Source of the DNA: Proteromonas lacertae
Lineage: Eukaryota
Assembly (NCBI GenBank): GCA_002245135.1
Contig: NGBS01000319.1
Span: 1 to 64,000, forward strand
DNA: 64,000 nt
Reading direction: 5' to 3'
Under the pieces are notes generated by a model. It saw only the letters and a list, made by a program, of their open reading frames with translations. It was not told the origin of the DNA and searched no databases. Position numbers and translations under genes: made by a program. Positions within the stretch are counted from its first letter, which is position 1, and every line of letters begins with the position of its first letter. This document shows positions 1-14,464 of the stretch, piece after piece.

Positions 1-820
1 TACATCATCTCCAACAACATCATCTCCAACAACTTCATCTCCAACAACATCATCTCCAACAACTTCATCTCCAACTACATCATCTCCAACAACATTCATC
101 TCCAACAACATTCATCATCTCCAACAACATTCATCTCCAACAACAACATTATCTCCAACAACATTCATCTCCAACAACATTATCTCCAACTACATCATCA
201 CCAACAACAGATGTTCCAACTACATCATCTCCAACAACATTATCTCCAACAACTTCATCTCCAACAACTTTATCTCCAACAACATCATCACCAACTACAT
301 CATCTCCAACAACTTCATCTCCAACAACAACATTATCTCCAACAACTTCATCTCCCAACAACATTATCTCCAACTACATCATCTCCAACAACATCATCTC
401 CAACAACTTCATCTCCAACAACAACATTATCTCCAACAACTTCATCTCCAACAACTTTATCTCCAACAACATCATTACCAACAACAGATGTTCCAACTAC
501 ATCATCTCCAACAACATCATCTCCAACAACTTCATCTCCAACAACAACATTATCTCCAACAACTTCATCTCCAACAACATTATCTCCAACTACATCATCA
601 CCAACAACAGATGTTCCAACTACATCATCACCAACTACATCATCACCAACAACATCATCTCCAACAACTTCATCTCCAACAACAACATTATCTCCAACAA
701 CTTCATCTCCAACAACATTATCTCCAACTACATCATCACCAACAACATCATCACCAACTACATCATCACCAACAACTTTATCTCCAACAACATCATCACC
801 AACAACTTTATCACCAACAA
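1..820 (+). repeat. Coding minisatellite, about 15-18 nt unit (ccaacaacatcatct variants)
   Basis: Directly visible tandem array. Confidence 0.95.
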
Positions 821-2109
821 TTGAAAATACTACACCAATACAGTCACAAATTGGAATGATATTAATATTTAATAATACTAGAACTACCTCATTAGAAGAT
901 GAAGATGTAGAAACAATAAAAAGATCAATTATATCGTTGTTTAATAGCCATTCAATATATTTAACTGAAGCTGATATAACAGTAAAAATAATATCCAAAA
1001 GACTTCGTTCATTAGAAAATGGAATATCAGTAGAAGTAATAATAAATACCAAAGACCAAAATGTCAAAGAAATGAACGATATTGTAGATAATCTAATAGT
1101 TGATTCATCAGAATTAATGAGAATCTTGATAAAAGAATCTAATGAAAATGAATTATTTAGTGAATGTGCATTAGAAGTTCATCGATTTCTACCCGATGTA
1201 AATGCTGATAATGAAAGTAATAAAAATACAACAACAACAGTAATAATCATAGTAGTAGTAGTTGCTGTAGTGGTAGTGATAATAATAATAATATCAATTT
1301 CCTGTTTTATAAGAAGAAGAAATAACAATTCAAGGAAAACTAAAAGAATGTCAAAAGATAAATCAAAAACCGCGATTGAGATTGAACATAATAACAATGT
1401 TAAAAGAGATGATAATAACAATAATAATAAAGAAAGAGAAAGAGAAAGAGAATCACAATCACAATCACAACATGAGATGAATAAAGAAAATGATGATCAG
1501 GTTATAAAGAATAGTAATGAAGAAAGAAAAGAAGAAGAAATTAAAAAAGAAAATAAGGAAGAAGAACCAATAAAGAAAGAAGAAGTTAGAAAGGAAGAAC
1601 CAAAGAAAGACAAACCAATTGCAAGAAATGATAATCAGAAAGTTGAAGTTGTTGTACAAAGAGAAGAACCAAAGAAAGAAATAAAGAATGAAGTAATAAT
1701 GAAGGAAAAAATAGTAAAAGAAGAAATAGAAAAAATAAGAGATGAAATTGATAGAGAGAGTAGAAGAAAAGAAAAGAAGAAAGAACAAAGGCATGGTCCA
1801 ATATATAAAAATAAAGAAGAGGAAGTTATATTAATTGATGATGGAAAAGATGAAGAAGAAAAAGAAGAAGAGATAATTGTCCCTAAAATACCAAAAGTAT
1901 TCAAATCTACTAATTCAAAACCAAAAACAGAAACTCCATCTAAGAAAAGAGCACCATTGACTTATGAAGGAATATTGAAGTTAAATGCAAAGTTAAACAC
2001 AGTAAAAAAGACAAGTACAGTGAAAGTAACAAAAGTAGGAAAATCTGAAAGAGATAATTATAATCATTCTCAAGGAATTGTAGATGATGATATCGACGAT
2101 CTTCTTTAA
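1..2109 (+). CDS. Mucin-like type I membrane protein (Thr/Ser/Pro tandem repeats, possible SEA-like domain, TM, charged cytoplasmic tail); 5' partial
   Basis: PTTSS/PTTLS repeats, then a globular region, a hydrophobic TM (VIIIVVVVAVVVVIIIIISISCFI) followed by RRR, and a K/E-rich tail. The reading frame slips inside the repeat upstream of about 355. Confidence 0.8.
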   Translation, partial: YIISNNIISNNFISNNIISNNFISNYIISNNIHLQQHSSSPTTFISNNNIISNNIHLQQHYLQLHHHQQQMFQLHHLQQHYLQQLHLQQLYLQQHHHQLHHLQQLHLQQQHYLQQLHLPTTLSPTTSSPTTSSPTTSSPTTTLSPTTSSPTTLSPTTSLPTTDVPTTSSPTTSSPTTSSPTTTLSPTTSSPTTLSPTTSSPTTDVPTTSSPTTSSPTTSSPTTSSPTTTLSPTTSSPTTLSPTTSSPTTSSPTTSSPTTLSPTTSSPTTLSPTIENTTPIQSQIGMILIFNNTRTTSLEDEDVETIKRSIISLFNSHSIYLTEADITVKIISKRLRSLENGISVEVIINTKDQNVKEMNDIVDNLIVDSSELMRILIKESNENELFSECALEVHRFLPDVNADNESNKNTTTTVIIIVVVVAVVVVIIIIISISCFIRRRNNNSRKTKRMSKDKSKTAIEIEHNNNVKRDDNNNNNKERERERESQSQSQHEMNKENDDQVIKNSNEERKEEEIKKENKEEEPIKKEEVRKEEPKKDKPIARNDNQKVEVVVQREEPKKEIKNEVIMKEKIVKEEIEKIRDEIDRESRRKEKKKEQRHGPIYKNKEEEVILIDDGKDEEEKEEEIIVPKIPKVFKSTNSKPKTETPSKKRAPLTYEGILKLNAKLNTVKKTSTVKVTKVGKSERDNYNHSQGIVDDDIDDLL

Positions 2110-2317
2110 GTCAACTCCATTATATTTTATATCTATATTTTGATTTATTTTTATTTTACTTTGATTTTATTGATTATGTTTTTGTTTATTTGGTGATTAT
2201 TAAAAATCCAATGATGAATTAATCTAAACATTAATGCTTCTTCTATCTCTATATACATGTTTGTATAATTTGAAGAAAAATTAGAAAGGTTTGAGCAGTT
2301 ATTATTCGTTATTCAAA

Positions 2318-5300
2318 ATGATTATTATTTTTTTATTTTTTTTAATCGTCCCATCGTTATCGATGAACATTGGGTATTTTATAAGAGACGGTATAGATGC
2401 TGATAATAAAAAATACGAATTAACCACGAAGTATGTGATAAATGAAGTTCATTCTGATATCCAGATCGATGTGAAAAGTTGTACCTATAATTCTGATGAT
2501 AGTGATGGAACAAGTGTAAAAAGATGTATAAAAGAGTTTAAATCGCAGAAAGTTGATTTGATATTTGGGTTCTGTGATTCCGCTATACTTAATTTTGCTG
2601 AAAAAGAGGTTGAGAAAAACAAAATGATGATATGGTGTACTAACACTTTCACAATAGGTAAATGCACGAAGAACTTCATTATGGGTAATACGGTAATAAA
2701 TAATATTGAAACATGTAAGAATTATATTTATTAATTGTTTTATTAATAGTTATATTCCTGATATCGACTAGGGTTGATGCTGTTGGCTTTTTAGGCAAAA
2801 GTAACACTGAAAGAATTGATGAATTCTATGCAGAAAGGATTAAACAAACTGCAAAATACTATGGCTTAAAAGTATTACCAATACTGTATGGAAGTGATGT
2901 TAATGCTTCATCAGTGGTAGATTATGTTAAGACAATATCTAATAGTAATTTAAGTGTAGTAACATTACACACTGTCCAAGATATAACCTTAACACAGTCA
3001 TTATTAGATTCATTTGATACAGCTACATGGTATAATCCTGGTATTTATAGGCCAATTGCCTACATTGATGGAGGATTAATATCGCCCGATTTTGCTAGTC
3101 TTTCGACTGCTTATAAACAAAAGAATAAAGGAAATTTAGTTTTCAGAGGATTTGAATCATTTATGAAAAATAATTATACAAAATTATATGAAGATAAGTA
3201 TGAATCAATCGGAGTACCTTCAAAATTTGAAGCTGTATACTTAATGGGTAATTTAAATATGTTTATAACAGCATTAGAAAAATCAGAAAGTGAATATCCA
3301 ACTGATTTTATTACTTTAATTTATAACAATGAATATGAATATGCTGGTGGTAAAATCATGTTAGTTGATAATAATTATATTGCTACTACGCAGTATGTAA
3401 TGGAATTTGATGATAATAATGGTATAACTGTAAAATATACATTACCGTTGAAGAAATCATTTGAACCTTTACAATTATTTGGTGAGTATAAATCTGAAAT
3501 GTGTAGTTTTTTAAATGGTAATTCTGAGAATGGTATTTCATCTGTTTCATACTTCACAATTGCTTTGATACATCATAGTGCAGGTATATTACATCATGAG
3601 GATAAATTATTGACATATTTTTTCTTATATTTAATTGATCATTACAATGAAAATTATGATGGTTTTTTGGGTGTGAAATTACAACCATTCTTTATAGAAA
3701 TGAATGAAGATATAGATATTACTGTAAATTATGTATATTATTATTAATATATATATATATATATATATATTTAAATAGATAATTGATGAATTGGAAGAGT
3801 ATAATATTACTACAGCTTTCTTATCATGTTCAACAGAAGAAAGAATCAAAATAGTAAAAGAAATTAGTAAAGATAAGAACATATTCTTATTTTATCTTGG
3901 TACAGTAGAAGGAGAAGAATGTAATGAGAATGTAATATATGTACATTTTAGTTATTATTATTTATTCAATAGGGAAATCCTAGTGCCATGAACCATGTAT
4001 CAGTAACATCAAAGTATGTATCAGGAACATTAAAAGCAACAAAAGCCTTGATATTCTCAAGTCAATACATGTATGGTATAGCAGCAAGAAAGTTGTTAAT
4101 GGAAGACTTATCTACATTAGGTTTTGAGCCAGAAGATTTCCTGTTTTATGAGTTAATCAGTACTGAGGATGACTATTTAGATCATATAATCAGCAATATG
4201 ACTTTAAATATATTCAATTATACTTCTGACAATGGTAAGACATTAGTTATAATAACAGCTGAAGAAATGTATCAAATTTCATTACTAAAGAAATTATATG
4301 AATATAATATTACTGCTGCGAATAGATATTCTGTTCTATCATTCAATTTGAATGAAATATTTATTAAGACAATTGGATCAAAGTATTGTGAAGGAGTTAA
4401 ATTTGTTACTCATTATTGTGATTCATATTCAAATACTCCAACACTATTGAAATCTTTTAGTGATTATCTGTTCAGTGAGTATAATTATACTATTCCATTA
4501 ACCAATAAAGTTGGTGTAATGTATAATCTATTTCAAATACTGAAACAAGTATATGAATATGTTTATAATTATTATTTATAGGTTGTTGAGATTAGTGGTT
4601 CATTTGATCCAAATGATTATAAAGAATATATATATAATCGTTTGCCATTAGAAGGTTCTGGAGGTCAATACTTAGTTTATGGAAGTGGGTATGCTCAAGG
4701 AATGATGAGAATAGTTGAAGTATATAATTATTATATTTTATTCTTTATTATATAAAATAGTTTGATGCTAATGAAGAATATAAATTGATTATGGATGATA
4801 CTTTTGTAAGAGTTGCATTAGTATTTACAGATAGAACAATGCAATGTAAATGGCAATCAAGTATTTTATTACTTTTATTAATTTATATATTCTTTTTTTT
4901 AAATAGAATCTCAAGGTATTTATCAAAACCAAAACAATTACATTATTGCTGCATTATTCAATATCAAAACTCCAATTGGTGTTATAAGATATGATTCATT
5001 ATTAATAGTTGCAGATATGATTAATGAAGATGGTGGAATAAAAGGAAGATTAATAGAAATAAAACCAACTCTCTATGATGATATTATTGACAATTTAATC
5101 CCATCTGTGAATAAATTCATTGATGATGAGAATCTATTATGTTTCTTTGGTACTTCGCTTGAAGAAGAAAGGGTTATGATCAATCCAATTTTAGAAGAAA
5201 AAGATAAGTTATTGTTTGTAGTTGAAAATATGGGAGGTGAAACTGCATATAAGAATATTATATTTGTATAAATATTTATTATTATTATATCTTATGATAT

Positions 5301-8300
5301 TTATAGATGAATAATTTACCTCACCAACAAGTAGAATATGCTCTATATTGGATATTATACAAATTTAATGACTATATCATTGTTTATAGTAATACAACAG
5401 CGTATATATTTAATATTTATTCATTTGTATTTTTTAGTGTATTGCAAAGAAGATTAAATGTCTTAAAACAAATTGGATCGCATATTGGAAGATTGCCTGT
5501 GTTAGAAATAGAATATAATAGTACTGATCTTCCAGGAATGATAACTTCTATTACTGCTGCATTAACAAACCATCCAACCTGTGGCATTATCACTATTATC
5601 TCCTCTTTACCTGATTTTGTTAAAGCATATCATGATTCTGGAATAGATGTTAATAAATATCCACTGTTTTTGTATGATTATAATTTCAGATCTGCTTATA
5701 ATGACAATTATATTGGTTGTTATGCTATTGTTCAATCCTATCCTGGTAATCCACGAGTGCAAGCAAATACAGATTTAATAGACAAATTGAATAAATATAA
5801 AGGAAATGCAGTTTCGTTAGGAAATCAATTATTCTTTGTAATTTATAATGCAATGATGATATTATCAAAAGGAATGAATAGTATTGATGATGTTTCTACT
5901 TCAACAAATATAAGAAATGGAATGTATGATATTACGATTGATGGACCAGATGGTAAAATGAGGATATTAACATCTAATTATGTTGTTAGTCATATGGTAA
6001 TAAGTAAGATTAATGCTGGGAAGAATTATACATTTGATATGCAATTGCCATTTACAATGATGGCTAAACCATATTTTCCATTTGTATATAATGATATATA
6101 TATGTTTATTATATTGTTATAGAGTAATGATAATCACTATTATGTTGCTGATTTTAGTTTAAATAACAATAAAACAAAAGTAGAACAAGATTATATTGGA
6201 ATTGCGTTTATTATGGATATAGAAACTGCTGGAAACAAAGGACTTTTAGATTTTATTTTAGCAAGAGCATATTTGGAAGATATGAATGTAGAAGGTGGAT
6301 TACAAGGAAAATTATTTGTATTTTTTAAGAGTTTAATCTTATTTTTTGAATAGGCTTCAGAAGTGTATCAATGTCCATCATCATCTAAAGATTCATCAGC
6401 ATTATTTATGGAATTAACAAATAGAGGATTTGACATTATAATAGGTGGATGTGATCCAGAACATCGAGCAATATATGAGCCAATCATCAAAAGATTAGAA
6501 TCATTGTTCATTTATACTGGTTTTGATAAAGGAGGTAGTTGTGAGAAAGATATGTATATATATATATATATATATAAGGATTTATTATCTTTATATAGTG
6601 TATATTCTTCATTAACTCCATCTCAAGAAATATTACCTGGTTTAATGAATTTATTATACACAGAATCAAGAGATTGTGTATTATTATATTCAGATGATGA
6701 TAATTATAAATCTCGAGTATCATTAATTCAATCATCATTAGAAGCATTTGGCATTGAAGTGAAATTCAATGGAGCAGTTGATAATAGAAATACTGTTCCT
6801 GTTGTAAAGAGTTATATGGGAAATATAAGAAAAGCGATGAGTGATGGAGGAATTATTTTAGCATTATTACATGATAGCCAATCTGAAATATTATTTGAAG
6901 AACTTTACAATTATTTTGTTCAATCTCAAGAGTATCACAGTTCAGAAGAAATTGCTGAAGATTATACAGTATATTTATTTGATAATACAAACACTCGTTT
7001 CAATCCAAAATATGCAAAAGGTCATTATGTTTATTCTACCACTACATGGAATGCTGCAGTTGGTTCAGAATATGTGTTTACAAAATATTTTAATTATTTA
7101 GCACCAGGTGACAATTATGGTATTGAAGATATATTAATGATATCTACATTTAGATGGCTTTATACGATATTACAACAATCTCCATCTTTTACCACAGATT
7201 CTTACAGAAGAGAGATGTATTTACATACAGTACCAACTATTATAGGTGATTTTTCACTTCAAGGTGATAATCATTTTCAGCATTCAGTTAATAAAGCAAT
7301 TATTAATGGTGATGGAAAAGTAGAATATCAAGAAGTAATTAGTAAGAGATGGAGAGGTGAAGTGTATAGAAATGAATTTAATCTTAATACATTTATACAT
7401 TGTGATTGGAATATTACTGCTAATGGTGATGGTAAAAGTGAAGGTGGTGATAATATGGACTTAAAATCCATAAAAATAGGAGTGTTAGTTCCAAAGGATT
7501 TTATATACAGAGAAGATGTACTTCTTTTCTATGCATCTTTCTTTTCATGGATTGATAAAATAAACTATGAAAAAGGTGGTGTAAAAGGTTTTATGATATT
7601 ATTAAGAGTAATGGATGATAATAATGATCCAGAATATGCGAAACAAGAAATAATTGATGCATATACAAATTACAAGTGTATTGTATTTGTTGGTGGATGG
7701 ACTAATGATATTAGAAGAATGGTCAGTAAAGTTGCTGATGAATATGATTTGATATTCTTCTTCCCAACTGATTATGAAGGTGAAGTGTGTGATTATAATT
7801 GTTTTACAACTGGTATTGCATATTCTAGTTTTGTATATATATTTATATTTATATTTATATTTAATAGTATACAATTGTACCTATTCTAATTGAACAAACA
7901 AATCCATTATTCTTATTCTACAGTGATATTGAATATAGTACTTATTTCGCAGAACATCTTATTGAAGATGTTGCATATTTTAATAAAAGTTTCCAATTAA
8001 TAGTTGATCTTCCAATCACCAAGACAGATGTGTCTGATATAGTAAAAACTATACCACTAATAGCTCCACAAGGTTGTTATATTGTTAGTCTTTTACAAGG
8101 TGAATCAAAGTATAATCTATTAAGAGAGTTAAACAGACAAGGTCTTCATCCTCCACGATTTGTTTCAATGAATATTAATATGAATTTCTTAGCCATTAAT
8201 GTGTTAGAAAGTAAAGAATTAGATGGTCATTATATTTGGGATTCATTTAAGAGAAATGCTTCAAATACTGTTTTAAGTGAAAGTGTTGATAATTTTGATT

Positions 8301-11300
8301 TAATGTTCGCCTATATTGGTTATACTAATATTATGATTGCTAGAGGTTATTCAATAGCTCAAATACTAGTAAATATATGTGAAAAATCCAAACAACTTAC
8401 TTATTCAGCATTTAGACAATCCATATATGATTATTCAACAGTAACTGCGTTAGGTGCTATTTCATTTACTGGAAATAATAATTTAGAGAATATTTTATAC
8501 CTTAAAAGATTCTTTATTGATCCAAAAACAGGAAATGCCCAAACTGATGTAATTTATAACACTAAAAAGCCCTTGGTTAATAGGCCATATGGAAATATAA
8601 TAAGAAATGAAGATATGTACAGATGTGATATGAAAACTGATTTTAAGAAGACGAAATATCCAGTAAAAAAAATCGGTGTAGTATTTTCAACAGCTGGAAG
8701 TGAAGCAGTTGTTCATAGAAATGGTATTCTTGGAGTAATTGCAGCTATTAGATATTTATACGATTTTGATTCGATTAATGGATATATTTTGTTAATGGAA
8801 CTTATAAATTATGATAGTAATTTGGATAAATTACAGGAAATGTTAAAGAGATATGATGGAGATGATACAATTGTTGCTTATGTTGGTTGTACATTAATTG
8901 AATGTAGAAAAATACTTCAAGATTCAGCTGAGAAGAATGGAAGATTAGTTTATTATCCAGCAATAAGTGTGGGTGAAGAATGTCATAAATATACATTTTA
9001 TACATCAATTGTATCAAATCAGTATGTGACAAGATTACTTGAGTTTATATTACAATCATCATTTGAAAAAAATTACTACATTTTAGGTGAAAATACACAA
9101 AGTTCGTTGACTTTAAATTCAATAATAACTGGTGAAGCTTCTGGATTATTATCAAGTATGGGCGAATTTATAATAAGTACAAATAATTCTATGACATTTG
9201 AAAGAGTTAAAGAAATAAGTCAAAATATAAAGAATGGTTTTATAATATCTACAATAGAATCCAATGAAAATATGAAATTGTTTTTATCATATTGGAATAA
9301 GTTAAGTGTTGATTCATCAAAAGTAGGAATTATTGATGTTTATTTAGAGATGGAAGATTTTGATAATATAGAAAATGAAGAAAGAAAGAATATATATAAA
9401 ATAGCGAAATATTCATATGATATTAAAACAGACACAAATCAAGCTTTTCTTGATATAGTTGAACATTATACAGGTTTAAATAGACCTACCAGTTTATTTG
9501 AATCTACCTATTCAAGTGTACTCTTATACTCAAATGCTGCAGCTGCTGCTAAGAGTTATGATTATGAATTGGTAAGAAAAGAATCATATGGTCAACAAGT
9601 TACTGTTGGATATGGAAAAATGACATTAGATGAGACAAACTATGTAAATTCTCCATTCTTTATTGTTCAATATAATTCCGATGGTAGTGATTTTACTACA
9701 GTTTATAGTAAATATGATGTACAATCACCGCAAGCATGGAATTGGAATATTGATAGTAGTTATGGTTATGTTTGTTCATTTAAAGAGACTGGTAATAAGT
9801 ATAAAATAGATAATAGTAAGAATCCTGCAAAATATGAGATACCAATTCAAAGAGTAGCTTTAATTGCCTCTTTAACAGGAGAAAGATCAGGTGATAATCA
9901 AGGATTAGTTGATATATTTCAAATGGAAATCAATCTATTAAATGATGATGGAGGTATTGGTGGATATCAATTAAAAGCAGATATTTTTGACGTTAAATCA
10001 AATGTAAATGAATGTTATACATCTATAGACACTTATTTAAAAACTAAAAAACCATTAGCTGTATTTGGTGTAGTAACTGATGAATGTATTGATGCTATTG
10101 AAAATATAATTGAAGCTCAAAATATGATATTCTTCCAATTGAAGTATTTAGATAGAGAGATATGTAAATTGACTTATTTTGTGTCAACCATGTATTCTGA
10201 ATATTATGAAAGTGCAATGAATATAATTAGGAATAGATTTTATGATAATATATTGTATATTACACCATCAACTGAAAAGTCAGCTATTCATATTGAAGGT
10301 TATCTAACATCACATGCAATGCCACATGATTATTATAAATACAATTCTATTGCTGATTTTAATATCACTATTGTTAATGATTATTTGAATTTCTATAATG
10401 AGAATGATACTAATAATTGTATAATATTTTGGGGTGATAAAGAAGCATTCCAAAGAATTATGGATATGATGAAGAATAAGAAGTTTTCATTCGATAATAA
10501 TAGAGTTATTGTAATGGCTAATATTGAACATGCTATAATGTCAAGTTATGCAAATTATGAGTATTTTGGATTCTATTATGAAAATGACAAATCAATTATT
10601 AATACAGAATTCTTAGAGAGGATTAGACAAAGAATAGATGAAACAACAACACCTATATCAGATCTAATGATTAGAACACTTTCGTCATTAAGATTGTGGG
10701 GTTTAGCAATTAATTCATTACCAAAAACAGTAACAGATTCTAATGGTTATAATGTAGCTGATGTTTCACCAAAGAATGTTAGAGATGTTTTAAGAGGATT
10801 TAAATTAGAGACTGTAGAAGGTAATGTCTATTTTGGTAATAATCAGTTTTTAGGAAGATATCCAAAGTTGTTATATGTAAATAGTGATAAAGTAATCACA
10901 TTATCTTACTACTCAAATAATGTAGTAATTCCTGAAGTGTATGATTCGATTAATGGAAGATATAAATTTTGTGATTTTGCTGATCCAGAAATTGGTGATG
11001 GTGAATATGTAAAGACATATATATTTGCTATAATGTTATCAATTACAGGAACAGATAGAAAAAGTGAAACTCCATTATTTGAAGCAATATTAGCAGCAAT
11101 GGATGAAACAAATGATGTTAAATTATTAGACTATTATTTAGATTATAAATTATATGACACTGAATCAAGCATTGAGAAATATATTGAATATAGTAAGCAA
11201 TTAGTAGAAAGTAAGAGTATTGATTGGGTATTTGGAGGATATAGTCCAGACACATTAGAAGCAATTGGTCCAATATTTGCAAAGAGTAAAAAAGGATTAA

Positions 11301-14300
11301 TGTATTTAGGCAAAACGTATGGTGATAACTGTTATCCACATGTTATTCAATCTCATCCAAATCCACATCAATTAGCTGAAGTAGCAATTAAAAGATTATT
11401 AGAGATAAGTACTGAAGCATATATAGTGCAGGATGAAAATAGATATACACAAAAAATAGTTGATTTGATTATAGCAAAAATGACTAATTTGATTATTACA
11501 TCTAAAGGTAGTACAGTGTATTCTGAAGGTAATAGAGTTATTACAAATATTCAAAGATCATTAGGTGATAGTGGAACAATATTGACAATAATAAATGATC
11601 CAAATGTTTTACATAATTTCTATACAAATTGGTGTGAAGATAGAACAATGAGATATCCAAATTATAAGATAATTAATGTATTATTTGATCCAAATTTTGT
11701 GAAAGATATCCCAACAGAATGTTTGAATGGAGTTATGATAATTGATTCATATTTTGAAACAATGGAAAATTCGAAATTGAATAGATTAGGTGTTCCATTT
11801 TTGTCACCAACGTTTAATCAAAGAATGCATTCAAGAATGGGACAAGATGGAATAATATATGGTGAATGTGAAGCAGCATATTCAGCATTTCAAATATGGA
11901 AAGGAAATATTAATAGAATTAATTCACTTGATATTGAACAATTTACACATTATTTCCATTATTTCATTGATTCACCTTCAGATGTTGTAGAAGTGAATGT
12001 AAATAATTTTATAAGTCGTAGATTATATTGTGGTAATTATAATGAAAATGGTGAAATTGAAATCAGTTGGGGAGCTTCTGCACTGATTACTCCAAAGATA
12101 TATGATGAGTATAACAATAGTCAATTTGGTTTAAGTTGTGACTTTAGTAGTAATGAAAAAGGAGCAAATTATTTTACAGATCCAATAGTCTTAACATTTA
12201 TACATGAAAAAGATTTAGGAGGAAATACTGAAAAATATAATGCATTATTAATAGATACAGTAATAGAAGAAATAAATTCAAATGGAGGTGTATTAGGTAA
12301 GGAATTAAAAGCAAATCATACTTGGTTAACTATTAATACTGCTTTTAGGAGTGTAAGAGAAATATTTGAAGTTGGAAAATCAAATACATTCTTTGGATGT
12401 ATCACAGCTGAATGTAGCCAAGAAGTGAATAGATATTTAGAGGATAAAAATTCATTATTCATGTTTACTGGTAGAGATGATGGGTTTACTTGTAAAGAGA
12501 ATATGATTGTTACTGGTTTATCAATTAATCAAAAAGCTCATACTTTAATGACTTATCTTAATTCATTAGATGTAAAAACAGCATATTTGGTTGGGCCAGA
12601 AAGAAATTCAACATATACCGAGTTTTATTCAATTGAACAGGAGCTGAAGAATAGTAATGTGGAAATAGTTGGTGAAAAAGCATTTTCTCCTTTCTATAAT
12701 GTTGCACTAGATGAAACAATTAAAGAATTAGAAAAATCATTAGATAATAATGATAGAATTGTTATTATTAATCTATTTATAGCATTAGAAAATACACAAT
12801 TTATAAAGGGTTTAATTAGTAGTAGTAAAAGTTCATCATTTACTACATTCTTCTTACATTATGATCCAAATGATTTGACAGCTGAAATGAGAAAAGTAAT
12901 GAGTGGTTCTTTTGTAATAACATCATATACTGATTCTGTTTCTACAACTAAATCTAGTGCATTTACTTATTTATCAACATCAGTTTATCAAAATGCAATA
13001 GAATTAAATGAAATCTTAGAATCAAGTTATTCATCAATATATCTATGGAAAGCAGCAGTTGAATATGCATCTGAAAATGTTAATAGTGATTGGCCTCCCA
13101 TTAAATATATTCAGTTGAGTTATAAGTATATATCATATGATAGTCCATCTGGAACTATTAAAGTATCTAATAACAATCACGTAACAAAGAATACTTATGT
13201 ATTTAGACTATCCTCAAATGGATTAGCTCAAGTATTTCCAAAACAAGGTATTTCTTATTCAGTTCAATCAAATATGACTTACTTAGGTAATGAAGAATGT
13301 GAATTCACTAAAGTGATGAAAAGTTATAAATGCGACGAAGGTATTAAGTTAGCTATTATTCTACTATCAGCAATTGCATGCAGTTGTTGTTTACTAATAT
13401 CTTATGTAGTTTTCTATTTTAAGAAATCTAGAATAATGAAAAGTGCAAGTCCATTGTTTTTGTATTATACATTATTATCATTGATTTTATTGTCAGTATC
13501 AGGTGATATGTTTGTATTAGAACCAAATGATGAAGTAATATGTGCGCTTCGTGTTTGGTTTTTGGCTATATCATTGATGTTATTGTATAGTGTTTTATTC
13601 TGTAAAGCATGGAGAATTCATAAATTATTTAACAATAGAGAATTGATAAAAGTAAAAGTCTCAACCATTCAATTATTGAAGATGATTGGTATATTTTTCA
13701 TTATTCAAGTAATCTATTTGACAATCTGGTGGTTAGTTGATATGTCTAAACCTACATTATCTTATAGTGATAATTATTCTACTTATTTAGAAGATGTGTA
13801 TTTAAAAGAATGTACTTCTAATGCTGTATTTGTTGCATTACAGTTAGTTGCGATTGTTATAATATTTTCATGGGGAGCAAAAACTGCTTGGAGTGTTAGA
13901 AAAGCGTCATATGAATTCAATGAATCAATGCCTTTGTTATCTACAATCATTGTAATGTGTATAATTAATTATATATATTATATTATATTATTCATTTATT
14001 TATATTTAAATAGTATTAATGGGAGTTATTTTAGTTCCTTTAGATTATTTAATGAATGGAGAACCAGATACATTAATGGCACTGCGAGGTATTGGAATTG
14101 AAGCAGGTGTGTTTATTGTAATATTGTTGCAATTTGGTTCAAAACTAACATATATTTGGATATATGAATTGAAAACAACATGGATGTCTAGTTCTTTATC
14201 TCAAAGTAGTACAAGTAGAGAAAAATCACAACAATTGAAAAAAGCAGCTGCTAGAGGCAGATTTACAGTTCATCCAAAAATATTGAGTAGAGCTCCTATA

Positions 14301-14390
14301 GAGATAGGAGCAATATCTGAACAAGATCGATATTTTGAAGATCCTGAACTTATACAAAGTATTATTAGTAGACATTCAGACTCAAAATAA
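2318..14390 (+). CDS. Giant class C (7TM_3/GABA-B-like) GPCR with signal peptide and nine tandem UrtA/AmiC-like periplasmic binding (Venus flytrap) domains; 14 exons, about 3,850 aa
   Basis: 13 GT-AG introns (2715-2749, 3733-3778, 3941-3972, 4549-4581, 4720-4760, 4861-4906, 5266-5306, 5402-5437, 6084-6122, 6318-6353, 6554-6598, 7833-7867, 13959-14013) join the ORF pieces in frame. Repeated INxxGGxxGxxL / FGxxS / YEGEEC motifs. The C-terminus has 7TM_3 hallmarks (IMKSASPLF, CALRVW, KAWRIHKLF, FNES). Confidence 0.88.
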
Positions 14391-14464
14391 TAATTTCATT
14401 TAAGTGTAAAATATATGTTCTTTGTGTTAAAAAACAAATAAATCATAATTATAAAACATTAATA

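Noticed and set aside
1..820. CRISPR-like or telomeric array
   Set aside because: No unique spacers; it is a coding repeat in a eukaryotic gene.
149..1067. Poly-Q/H/L and VVGDD ORFs
   Set aside because: Alternative frames and antisense of the Thr/Ser/Pro minisatellite.
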